A stretch of DNA of 64,000 nucleotides, taken from a virus (taxonomy: Duplodnaviria > Caudoviricetes). Made by a program: the position numbers and the translations under genes. The DNA is taken from IMG/VR virus record IMGVR_UViG_3300043384_000010, positions 1-64,000 of that record; one strand, 5' to 3'. Under the pieces are notes generated by a model. It had not been told where the DNA came from, did no database searches, and worked only from the letters and a program-made list of their open reading frames with translations. This document shows positions 1 to 8,694 of the stretch, piece by piece (position 1 is the stretch's first letter; every line of letters begins with the position of its first letter).

Positions 1-297
1 TGTTGGTGACGGCGCCCGTCGAGAACAGTGGCACCGACACAAGCGAATAGCAGGACTGGAACATGTAGCTCATGTTGGTGACGGCGCCCGTCGAGAACAG
101 TGGCACCGACACAAGCGAAGCGCAGGACTGGAACATGTAGCTCATGTTGGTGACGGCGCCCGTCGAGAACAGTGGCACCGACACAAGCGAAGCGCAGGAC
201 TGGAACATGGAGCTCATGTTGGTGACGGCGCCCGTCGAGAACAGTGGCACCGACACAAGCGAATAGCAGGAGTAGAACATGGAGCTCATGTTGGTGA
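1..297 (-). repeat. 72-bp coding tandem repeat (24 aa, TNMS[SY]MF[QY]SC[YA]SLVSVPLFSTGAV), at least 4 units
   Basis: Units start at 1, 73, 145, 217 and a partial at 289. Confidence 0.95.
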
Positions 298-970
298 ACG
301 TCGAGGTGCTCAACGCCACCGACATCAACTTGTAGCAGTACGCGAACAGATACGCGCCGCCCGTCGTGATCGCGTTCGCGTACAACCCGCACTGCTCCAG
401 CATCCCTACCCGCACCGTCAGCGATGACGCCCCGATCGTCAGCGACGACAGCGACGCTCCCGCCACGGCGATATCCAGCCAGCGGGACTCGTACGCCCCC
501 AACCCAGACCGGTTGTGCTTCACCTGCAAGTTCAGGCCGGTGAACGTCTGTCCTGACTGCGGGGTTACCGTCACAATGACTTGCTTGTACCCCCGCGTCG
601 ACAAGGTCCCCGCGTCGATCGCGGCATAGTCGTACCAGTGGTACGCGGTCACCCCGGACGCGACATCCGCCGAAGTGCCGTCACCCCAGTCGACGTGATA
701 GTTCCCCGCCGCAGAGATCGCCGAATAGTTCGAGGCGTCGTTCGTGACGGCCATCAGGCCAACGAATTTGTTGTCCGAGCCCGTCAACGTCGGCAGGGCC
801 AGCCAATCCGCGCACCGCACCCATGGGCTGGTCGGGGCAGGGGTTCCGACGCCCGGCCACTGGCCCGCCTGCTGTGCCCTGAACTGCTCCCCCAATGACA
901 CCATCCCAGACGTCGCCAACCGGGCCGGATGCGTCCCGATCCTGCCGTCCGCCGTGCGCGCGCCCGCCAT
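2..970 (-). CDS. BspA/DUF285-type repeat protein with N-terminal WGDG (PKD-like) motif; 3' partial; absent from the ORF track
   Basis: Manual translation from ATG 970 (TGATG overlap): MAGARTADGRIG...NYHVDWGDGTS...TNMSSMFYSCYSLVSVPLFSTGAV repeats; open to the window edge. Confidence 0.85.
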   Translation of the reverse strand, partial: MAGARTADGRIGTHPARLATSGMVSLGEQFRAQQAGQWPGVGTPAPTSPWVRCADWLALPTLTGSDNKFVGLMAVTNDASNYSAISAAGNYHVDWGDGTSADVASGVTAYHWYDYAAIDAGTLSTRGYKQVIVTVTPQSGQTFTGLNLQVKHNRSGLGAYESRWLDIAVAGASLSSLTIGASSLTVRVGMLEQCGLYANAITTGGAYLFAYCYKLMSVALSTSTFTNMSSMFYSCYSLVSVPLFSTGAVTNMSSMFQSCASLVSVPLFSTGAVTNMSYMFQSCASLVSVPLFSTGAVTNMSYMFQSCYSLVSVPLFSTGAVTN

Positions 971-1323
971 CAGTAGACGTCCTCCCACACGGCAACCGCC
1001 TCCAGGGTTGACGTCACGGAGGCGGTCACCCGCAACGTGTCCGCCTCCTCGACGAAGAGGGGAAGGTCCTTCCCGAGCAGGGGCAGGGTCGTCTTCGGCG
1101 GCACCGTCACCTGACAGGCGACCCGGTACGCGGTCGATGACCGGTACAGGTCGACGGTGATGTCCGCGGTCGCACCAGTTCCAACGTTGGAGACGATCAG
1201 GCCGATGACCTTCTTCAGGTGCCCGGACTCCCCCGTGACGATGGCCACCGCGGACGCGGTGACCGCGAGGGGCGTGCTGTGCCCGTAGACGTTCTGGGCG
1301 GTCGCGATGTTCGGCGCGGTCAT
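970..1323 (-). CDS. Putative virion structural protein
   Basis: 117 aa, beta-rich, Ala/Thr/Val-rich, coupled to its neighbours in the late operon. Confidence 0.6.
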   Translation of the reverse strand: MTAPNIATAQNVYGHSTPLAVTASAVAIVTGESGHLKKVIGLIVSNVGTGATADITVDLYRSSTAYRVACQVTVPPKTTLPLLGKDLPLFVEEADTLRVTASVTSTLEAVAVWEDVY

Positions 1324-1326
1324 GTG

Positions 1327-1677
1327 TCAGCTCCCGACGATGAGGCTCATGACGCGCGCACTCGCGTCCCGCTGCGTGATGTGCTCGGCGGTGAGGCTGG
1401 CGAACACGACGTCGCCGACGATGACGGTCCGGGCCGGTGTGCCGCGGGTCAGGGTGAGAGTGTCCGTCGACTTCCCCGTGCAGGTGGCGATCTCCGCGTT
1501 TGCGGGCGTCGGCAACGCACCCGCCGCAGCCACGGTCACCGGGTACGCGCCGACCGTGGCGGGGTCGGCAAACCGTGCCCCCTCACCGGTCGCCAGGACC
1601 AACGTCGTCCCCGACGTGGCCGGCGACGGGGCGGTCGCCACCGTCGCCACGGCCAGGTTCTGCACCGCGTACGGCAT
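1327..1677 (-). CDS. Putative virion structural protein
   Basis: 116 aa Ala/Thr-rich; late-operon position. Confidence 0.6.
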   Translation of the reverse strand: MPYAVQNLAVATVATAPSPATSGTTLVLATGEGARFADPATVGAYPVTVAAAGALPTPANAEIATCTGKSTDTLTLTRGTPARTVIVGDVVFASLTAEHITQRDASARVMSLIVGS

Positions 1678-1704
1678 CAGAAGTTCCTCCGGCCCTGCTC
1701 TGAT

Positions 1705-2253
1705 TTATGCACTAGTGTCGCCCTCGACGCGGAGTACGACGCCGTCCACGTCCAGGGCGGCGGTGTTCGCGGCAGTCCGCCGGACCCAGACCGCTTTGCA
1801 TTCCCCGGCCGGGATGTCACCCACGGCGAGGCCCGTGCCCTTCGACGTCGGCGCCGTGAACGACAGGCCGGATGGGGCGGTCAGTTCGTCCGCCACCTGC
1901 AGGGCCTGCGCCGCGGACGCCCCGATCGCCGATGCGGCCGTCGTGTCCACGGCGATCGCCGCCGACGCGCCACCCGCCGTCTCCGAGTACAGCCACACCA
2001 CCGGGGACGTGAGGGTGAGGGTGCCGTGCGCGTTGTGCACAAAAAGGCACCGGTACTCGACCGTGGACGCCGCGTTCTCGTCCCCACTGATGGCATCAAA
2101 GAGATTCGCCAGGGTGGCATCTACGATCTCGGTGGTACTGATGTACTTCCCGAGACTCCCCGCCGGGGTGCCCGCGGTCGAGTTCCCGGCCGCCCCGGTC
2201 TTGACCGACAGTTTGATCAACAGGTCGCTGGAAGCGATCGACAACTCACTCAA
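1705..2253 (-). CDS. Putative virion structural protein (NLFDAISG...VEYRCLFVHN motif)
   Basis: 182 aa; motif recalled from phage structural hypotheticals; GGAG upstream. Confidence 0.65.
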   Translation of the reverse strand: MSELSIASSDLLIKLSVKTGAAGNSTAGTPAGSLGKYISTTEIVDATLANLFDAISGDENAASTVEYRCLFVHNAHGTLTLTSPVVWLYSETAGGASAAIAVDTTAASAIGASAAQALQVADELTAPSGLSFTAPTSKGTGLAVGDIPAGECKAVWVRRTAANTAALDVDGVVLRVEGDTSA

Positions 2254-2296
2254 CTCCGCTCAGGGACAGGTGCCAGGTCATTTCGTGCGCCGATTG

Positions 2297-2563
2297 TCAG
2301 GCGAGCGTCGTTGTTGTCCCCTCCGCCAGAGAGTTCGCAGTGATGCTTTTAGTCATTATCAGCGCAACATTGCAGCCGGAATCCACGGTGACGTGGTTCA
2401 CCACCGACGCGCCCGGCGTCGTCTCTACCACCCGCTCCAGCACGACTCCGGAGGCGCTGCCGGTGACGGAGATGACATGCCCCGACCCAAGGTCCGACAT
2501 GAACCCCACCACGCCAACCCCCGACCCGCCACTGATCTTCAAGGAGTTGGTGCTGTTGTATGT
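2297..2563 (-). pseudogene. Start-less, beta-rich C-terminal fragment of a tail/spike-like gene
   Basis: Frame TYNSTNSLKISGGSGVGVVGFMSDLG...GTTTTLA follows the TAG of the 27-bp repeat; only a TTG at 2542 without an RBS. Confidence 0.45.
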
Positions 2564-2590
2564 CGACTCCTAACGGGTGACGTCGCCGAT
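2564..2590. repeat. 27-bp direct repeat, copy 1 (CGACTCCTAACGGGTGACGTCGCCGAT)
   Basis: Identical to 4386-4412. Confidence 0.95.
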
Positions 2591-2616
2591 ATCTGGATGG
2601 CCTCAACCCCCCGCCG

Positions 2617-2754
2617 TTATGCCGGATGCTGGTCAGGGTCCGACTGTGCCGCCGCGAGCTGCTGCCGGAGCCCGGAATTCTCCTGCTGCAGCGCCTGCAC
2701 CTGACCGGTCAGGCTGGACAACAGGGACAGGATCGCCACCGGGTCGACGTCCAT
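2617..2754 (-). CDS. Small coiled-coil protein (fibre chaperone-like)
   Basis: MDVDPVAILSLLSSLTGQVQALQQENSGLRQQL; TGATG coupling to the upstream gene. Confidence 0.6.
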   Translation of the reverse strand: MDVDPVAILSLLSSLTGQVQALQQENSGLRQQLAAAQSDPDQHPA

Positions 2755-4381
2755 CACGCCGCCCCGAGAGTGGTCACGGTGCCGGAGCTCCCCCGGTACT
2801 TGAGTGCTCCGGCATCGCAGTAGAGGACACCGCCGCCCGTAGGGTTGGTGGTGGGTACGGTCGTACAACTGGTGATGCCGATGACTCCTACCCCTCCACC
2901 GAAACTCTTTGTCCCGGACAGCAGTTGCAGGTTGGCCTGCGTGGCGTTCGAGTCGAACACGATGGACGTCTTACCGTCCGCGACGTTCCGGAAGTGCGCG
3001 TCATTGGTGGAGTCGTTGCGGAGTTGCCACGCCCACCGGTCGGCCCCCGCGGTGGCCAGGCTTATAGAGGCAAAGTTCGTCACGGCGCCGCGGTTCAGGC
3101 GTGCGTTGGCGGTGCCACTGCCGCCGATGTCGAGGCTGGCGGCCGGTGCGGTGTTACCGATGCCGACCTGCCCGTCCGAGCGTCGGACGAAAAGCGCGGC
3201 CTCGACAGCCGTCCCGGCGTCGTTGTAGCGGACGAGTTGCCAGTTGCTACCTGCGTTCGTTCCGCTCTCGGCGGTGGTGTCGGCCAGGGCCGCCCACCGG
3301 GTTCCGGCGGATTTCGGGACGTTCGTGCCGTCCGTGGTCGTCCAGCGCAACTGACGTGAGGATGCTGCCGCTCCCTCCACGATCATCGGGACGCCGCCAG
3401 CGATCAGGGACGCCGTCGCTCGGACGTACACGTCGGCTGCGGCGAGCCCGAACCCGTTCGCTGTGTCCCATTCCGCGTAGGGGATCTCCAGCGCGGTCTG
3501 CATCGCTCCGGTCAGATCGGGGACTTCGATCGACACGTGGTTGTGCCAGTGTGTGCCGTCGTTGGACAGGCCGTGTGCACCCATCCAAGCGACGGTGCGG
3601 GGGCTGCCCGGGGTCGTGAAGTTGTCGCGCCACGCGAGCATCCCCTTGGCGCCGGTCCGCTCCAGGTCGACCCGCAGAACCTCCGCGTAGTGGTGGGGGT
3701 AGACGGCCCGCTGGTGGGACTGCAGGGTAAGCCGGGACGTGCTGTCCGATGTGTCGCCGCCGCCGCTGTAGTCGCTCGTCCAGGTCGGCCGGGCCGCCCC
3801 GGATACCGGGGCATACGTGGTGGTCAGTGCGCTGTCGGCGGCGATCTGCGCGGTCGACATGACCGCAGCCGAGCCAAGGCCAAGGGCTGACCGTGCACCG
3901 GAAGCCGACGTCGCTGCCGTGCCTCCCTGCGCGAGCGGTAGAGCCTCCGCCAGGTGTGTCGTCACGACCGTCGGGGCGGTCGACGTACCCCCGATATCCC
4001 CGCCCACCTGGACGGCCGTGTCGGCCTTCCCCAGGGACGTCCGCACCCCAGACGACAAGTCCGTAAGGTCCGTCACACCGTCAGCGGCGCCCTGCGACCC
4101 AGCCCACGCCCGCAGGCCGACCAGCCGGAACGCCACCGTGCCGAGCGTGAGCGTCACCGATCCGGCGTCGTGCCGTTCAACGTCCACCCAGCCGGGACCG
4201 ACACCGTCACCGTGTGAGCGGACTCGTCGGCGCGGGTCACCGTATGTGTGGCCTCGTCAAGCCCGGACTTGTGCAACTGCCGGATCTGCAACCGAGGAAG
4301 GCTGAGCGTGACGTCCTCGTCCGTCGCATCGACGAGGACGTGCTTGTTGTACACGTTCGGGGTGATATTCTGGATGGACAC
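2754..4381 (-). CDS. Tail fibre/receptor-binding-like protein split by a 1-nt frameshift near 4170
   Basis: ORFs 4154-4381 and 2754-4187 join as ...GWTLNGTT-AGSVTLTL; Gly/Ala/Thr-rich; C-terminus TNPTGGGVLYCDAGALKYRGSSGTVTTL. Confidence 0.6.
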
Positions 4382-4385
4382 GTGC

Positions 4386-4412
4386 CGACTCCTAACGGGT
4401 GACGTCGCCGAT
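4386..4412. repeat. 27-bp direct repeat, copy 2 (end of the gp10-like gene plus the next RBS)
   Basis: Encodes IGDVTR-stop followed by GAG (TAGGAG). Confidence 0.95.
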
Positions 4413-4739
4413 GGCGCCGGTCATGATCAGTTGCGGGTGGATGCCCGTCTTGCGGGGCTCGGTGTGCGGGCACGGGGTCGGGGCAATCGGCAGTCTGCGC
4501 GAGCACGTGCCGTACTCCAGGAAGTTCGCATATGGGGCACCCGCCACCACCGCGGAACCGTGCTCGCCCCGGTCCTCCACCACCAGCAGCCGGACATACT
4601 CGCCCGTATCCCGGTGCGGCTCAGCCCGCCGCGCCGCAGCAGCATGCACCGCCACCGCAGCGTCATGAACACCAGCCATCACGGCAGGATTCCGGCGCAA
4701 CTCCCGCTCCAGGTCCGGGTTCACCCTGAACCTGGTCAT
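4392..4739 (-). CDS. HK97 gp10-like neck/tail-completion protein
   Basis: HRDTGEY...APYANFLEYGT motif; start reassigned to ATG 4739. Confidence 0.75.
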   Translation of the reverse strand: MTRFRVNPDLERELRRNPAVMAGVHDAAVAVHAAAARRAEPHRDTGEYVRLLVVEDRGEHGSAVVAGAPYANFLEYGTCSRRLPIAPTPCPHTEPRKTGIHPQLIMTGAIGDVTR

Positions 4740-5368
4740 GCCGTGCCTGGCCCGGTCCGGCGCATCGTGGCCGTCGAGTGGGTGCCACCCACATTGTCCG
4801 CGTGCACCAACGGATCCCCATCCAAGTGGAACAGCACCGACCCGAACAGAACCGTCGAGTAGGCGTCCACGCCCTGGGCTGCGAGGTCCCCGTCCACAGT
4901 CAACGTCCACGTCTGTGCGCGCCGCTGCCCATCCGCCGCAGACTCAGCGGACGACACCGGATCCACCCTGGCGGCCATGCTGGTCCCGGTCGCCGAGGGA
5001 ACCCTCCGCGTGGTGCCGTAGGCGTCCGTGCTGGTGGTCGACGGGTAGATCGTGACCGTGTCCGGCAGGTCACCCACCACGTCATGCCGGGTCGTGCAGT
5101 AGACGACCGTGTGCCGCATCCACGGGCCCGTCGTGTCCTGCACCCGGAACCCGCCGACTACACACGCGACACCCTTCACGGTGAGCGCGGCCAACAAGTC
5201 GGGCTCGGAACCGGCACGGCAGATCAGCTTCCGCGAGTAGGGGACCTTCATCCCGTCATCCGTCGTGAACGTCCCGCGCCCGCCCGCATCCGTCAGGACC
5301 ACCGCGCAGCGCAGAGACCCCGTCGGAGTGATCACCGTGTCCCGCAGGACCACCAGAGGCACGTCCAC
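4736..5368 (-). CDS. Head-closure (stopper)-like protein with N-terminal extension
   Basis: C-terminal half DTVTIYP...TDAYG...ARVDPVSSAE; position after the connector. Confidence 0.6.
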   Translation of the reverse strand: MDVPLVVLRDTVITPTGSLRCAVVLTDAGGRGTFTTDDGMKVPYSRKLICRAGSEPDLLAALTVKGVACVVGGFRVQDTTGPWMRHTVVYCTTRHDVVGDLPDTVTIYPSTTSTDAYGTTRRVPSATGTSMAARVDPVSSAESAADGQRRAQTWTLTVDGDLAAQGVDAYSTVLFGSVLFHLDGDPLVHADNVGGTHSTATMRRTGPGTA

Positions 5369-5369
5369 G

Positions 5370-5768
5370 TCAGGGCTGCCAAGGACCGGTCATGATCGGG
5401 TTACCCACCGAATCCACCGCGGTACGCAGCACCTCAACCGCGTCCGGTGCGACCCTCGACAGGCTCCCGCTGATGGACGGGCCGGACCCGACACTGATGG
5501 AATTCAGCCCGGAAGCCACCCCGGCCTCATCCCCGGTCTCCAGCCACCAGCAGGCTTGCGCGCACGTCGCATCCCGCACCGCCGTGACCACACCCGTGTC
5601 GGTGGGCATGCCGTCGTCGTCCACGTCATACACGGCCCGCAGGAGCAGGGTGTCGACGATCCGGGATGCACGCGACAGCAGCCGCGCAGCATCCCCACCC
5701 GTCGGGGCGGAGATCCCCGTGGGAAGGAAGTCGCTCGCCGCAAGCTCGGCCGCTGTCGCGTACGCCAC
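5370..5768 (-). CDS. Head-tail connector (adaptor)-like protein
   Basis: MAYATAAEL...LLSRASRIVD...VRDATCAQA. Confidence 0.7.
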   Translation of the reverse strand: MAYATAAELAASDFLPTGISAPTGGDAARLLSRASRIVDTLLLRAVYDVDDDGMPTDTGVVTAVRDATCAQACWWLETGDEAGVASGLNSISVGSGPSISGSLSRVAPDAVEVLRTAVDSVGNPIMTGPWQP

Positions 5769-5775
5769 CGGAACC

Positions 5776-6180
5776 TCAGAGGACCATCTGCGCGTGGATC
5801 GAGCACGTCACCGTCGGCGTGGACGTCCCACCGACCGTCGCCACATACCGGAAGTGCTCACCGACCGGCCGGTTCACCACCGCGTTCGCCGACGCGATAC
5901 ACCCCGGATACACGACCAGGGACGTCGCGCCAGGAGACCCAGCGCTGATCGCCGCCGTCGTCGCCCCAGTGATGTCCACCCAGCGTCCCGCGCCCGCGTC
6001 CGCCTGAGGCAGGAACTCCTGCAACTTCACGGTCAGGGTCGGCGACGTCCCGGTCGATGCGGTGATGTCGGCGACCAGGATCAGACCCCGGTACGCGGTC
6101 GAGTCCTGCCTCTCGCCGTTGTGCGCGCCGCTCGACAGGGTCCCGGACTGCAGGAGCGGGTACGTCTCATTCTCGGCCAC
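5776..6180 (-). CDS. Putative virion structural protein
   Basis: GGAG then GTG 6180; beta-rich (TGTSPTLTVKLQE). Confidence 0.6.
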   Translation of the reverse strand: MAENETYPLLQSGTLSSGAHNGERQDSTAYRGLILVADITASTGTSPTLTVKLQEFLPQADAGAGRWVDITGATTAAISAGSPGATSLVVYPGCIASANAVVNRPVGEHFRYVATVGGTSTPTVTCSIHAQMVL

Positions 6181-6191
6181 AGGGGCTCCAA

Positions 6192-7223
6192 TCAGGGTTG
6201 TTGGCGGGGGTCCCACCGTTCGGCGTTGGCTTGTGCTTGCTCCCTGGCTTTCGGTGTGAGCGCCACCCGCTGACGTCGCCGCCACGCCCGCGCGGTGCGG
6301 GACAGGTAACGCCGCTGCGCGCGGGCGACCCGATCCACAGACGGCGACGGACGCGACCTACGCCCACCACCCGGGACCACGGCGGTCAACCGGTGCTGAC
6401 ACCACGGATGCCACACCCCAGCCGCACGCGACTCAGGCAGAGTCCCAGCACACCGGACCTCCACCATCCGCCCAGCCGGGGAAGCGACCCAGTAGATGCC
6501 GGCAGGCGACCCGTCCAGGGAGACGGTCTTGCCCTCCCAGTCGCGGCACGCCTTGTGCAAGGTGTGGTTGACGCTGATCCGCGCGAACCTGACCCCAGCC
6601 GCCCGGCACACGTCCAGGTAGGCGTTGAGGGCGACCTCCGCGTACTGCGCCCGGACCGCCGTCTCCACGTAATGCTCCAGGCTCCAGTTCCGCCCGGCAG
6701 CGTCCGTGTACCCCGTGATGCCCCGGTCGGCGAGGTCATCCAAGACGCGCTGAATGTCGCGGGTCGGGTCACCCGTCGCTGTCTGGCCAGCCCGAACCCC
6801 CGCCCGGAACGCGTCCTCCATCACCGCTTGGATCCGCTGGTGGGAGGACGTCAGGACGGCCAGGACGGCGCGGACCGTGACCGGTGAGACGTCAGGGAGG
6901 GGTCCGTCCCAGCGGGCGTCAGCGGCAGCCTCACGGGCTGCGCGCTCCACGATGTCGGTCAGGTCCCGCTCCACCATCGGACCCAACCGGACCGTCAACT
7001 CCGTGAGTGCCCGCTGCACCTCGGTGCGGAACCGGGGAAGACGGCCGAGGACGCGGGTCGCCCACGACGGGATCGGAACCCCCGGGGTAGGAGCAAGGTG
7101 GGCGGCCAACACCGCCAGCAGGCCAGCGATCAGGGCCGCGTAGACGGCGGGCACACTGTCCGGCTGCGGCTCCCCGTCACCGGTCGTGCTGTACGGGTCG
7201 GTGACCGCAGGAGACAGCGACAT
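6192..7223 (-). CDS. Minor capsid protein (Phage_min_cap2 / MuF-like)
   Basis: GRNWSLEHYVETAVR...CRDWEGK...HPWCQHRL. Confidence 0.8.
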   Translation of the reverse strand: MSLSPAVTDPYSTTGDGEPQPDSVPAVYAALIAGLLAVLAAHLAPTPGVPIPSWATRVLGRLPRFRTEVQRALTELTVRLGPMVERDLTDIVERAAREAAADARWDGPLPDVSPVTVRAVLAVLTSSHQRIQAVMEDAFRAGVRAGQTATGDPTRDIQRVLDDLADRGITGYTDAAGRNWSLEHYVETAVRAQYAEVALNAYLDVCRAAGVRFARISVNHTLHKACRDWEGKTVSLDGSPAGIYWVASPAGRMVEVRCAGTLPESRAAGVWHPWCQHRLTAVVPGGGRRSRPSPSVDRVARAQRRYLSRTARAWRRRQRVALTPKAREQAQANAERWDPRQQP

Positions 7224-7444
7224 CGGACTAGCCAGTGATCCGGACGCCGAGAGGCTCCCGGATGTGACCCCGGCCGTACGTCTCGTTAGCCCACGCGACA
7301 GGTTGGAACTGGAAGTCAATCGGGAGCCCAGTGAACGCCTGCCCCCACGCCGAGACGGCCATGCAGAGGGCCGCGAGGACGAGGCTTCCCCACGCGTTCA
7401 GGATGAGGTGCTGCGGCGACCCGACGCCTTCACTACTCACGACA

Positions 7445-8689
7445 TCACGCCCGGTAGTGGTCGATGAGCTGCTGCTTGGTCATTCCGTCCACGGCGTCCC
7501 CGATGCCCGCCGTACGCCCGTAGGACCGCCACTCCTCCACCGACGCACGAACCGGCGGACGGGCCGTCAGATCCGAGTCATCCGCTGGGGCAGCCTCGAC
7601 GGGAGGGTCCGGGAGGGAGAACATCTCCACGACATCAGGCAGGTTCACCGTCTCCACGGGACGCGCACGGTCACGCATGATGCGCCCATCAGCCTCGGAG
7701 GCCGTCTCACCCTGAGGGTTGCTGACGGTCACAGTCCCGGACATGGGCGACCCGTCCGCGGACACGTAGCCAGCCACTGCCGCCGGGACAGTAACGGACC
7801 CGGTCTCGGTCTCGGCCTCGGTGAGGGCACGCCGGAAGTCGTCGTCCCGCAACGGATGCGGGGCAGGCTGCTCGATCAACACCCAGTTCCCGAGACGATC
7901 CAGCCTGTCGTTCCGCGACGGGAACTCGTGGGTAGACCCGTCGTTCCGGTTTCTGTACTTCCACATCGTGGTCTCCCTGGTCTCGACCTCGCGTCCAGCG
8001 AGGAACTCACGCATCCGGCCCTCACCCGCAGCCCGCGCGTACTCCGCCAGAAGACGCCGGCCCGCCACCGTGCCCGTCCCCCGCGGCGGCGCACACTCCC
8101 CGGACGCCATCTCCGGGGTCAGCCCGACCCGGTCCATCGGCGGATGCCACAGATGGAACAACGGTTCCGTGGACCGCCACGGCGGCCCGTACAGGGCGGT
8201 GAGGGCCACACCCCACGCCGCGTCCTCCTGACCCCAACCCACGAACCGCGGATCCAGGGGGCACGCCTCGTACACGTCCATGCGCAGCACGACACAGCCG
8301 CCGCCGACCATCCCGACATACGGGCGCTGCTCCACCCGCTGCTCAATCAGCGGGCCACCGAACACTTCCCGCCCAAGCATCACGTCGGTAGCACCCTTGG
8401 TGAGCCGGTGCACCAGCGTGTGAGGGACAGCCCACGCCGCACCCGACTCGACAGCCTCAACAGCCGCCACCACACCCGGACACCACACATCCGCGTCAGC
8501 TAAGACCAGGACATCCCCGGTCGCCCGGGACAGTGCATCCTCGACCGCGGCAGCCTTCACCCACGGGCCATCCGGACAGCCCCCCGCGATGACCTCCCAC
8601 CCGAGTCCGGCCCAACGCTCAGACAAGTGCGCCCACGCCCGGTCCCGCTCCGCACCATCAGGCCGGAACGGAACCAGGACAGTGGGCAT
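7445..8689 (-). CDS. GT-A fold glycosyltransferase fused in frame to a small head-module protein
   Basis: LADAD (DxD) and FVGWGQED; internal AGGGAG-N6-ATG at 7966 opens MWKYRNRND...MTKQQLIDHY. Confidence 0.8.
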   Translation of the reverse strand: MPTVLVPFRPDGAERDRAWAHLSERWAGLGWEVIAGGCPDGPWVKAAAVEDALSRATGDVLVLADADVWCPGVVAAVEAVESGAAWAVPHTLVHRLTKGATDVMLGREVFGGPLIEQRVEQRPYVGMVGGGCVVLRMDVYEACPLDPRFVGWGQEDAAWGVALTALYGPPWRSTEPLFHLWHPPMDRVGLTPEMASGECAPPRGTGTVAGRRLLAEYARAAGEGRMREFLAGREVETRETTMWKYRNRNDGSTHEFPSRNDRLDRLGNWVLIEQPAPHPLRDDDFRRALTEAETETGSVTVPAAVAGYVSADGSPMSGTVTVSNPQGETASEADGRIMRDRARPVETVNLPDVVEMFSLPDPPVEAAPADDSDLTARPPVRASVEEWRSYGRTAGIGDAVDGMTKQQLIDHYRA

Positions 8690-8694
8690 CAGGC

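Noticed and set aside
1-297. 72-bp repeats as a CRISPR array or DGR template/variable pair
   Set aside because: Contiguous in-frame coding repeats with no spacers; no cas genes or reverse transcriptase in the window
4150-4190. Programmed tail-chaperone frameshift
   Set aside because: No XXXYYYZ slippery site and no adjacent major tail or tape measure gene
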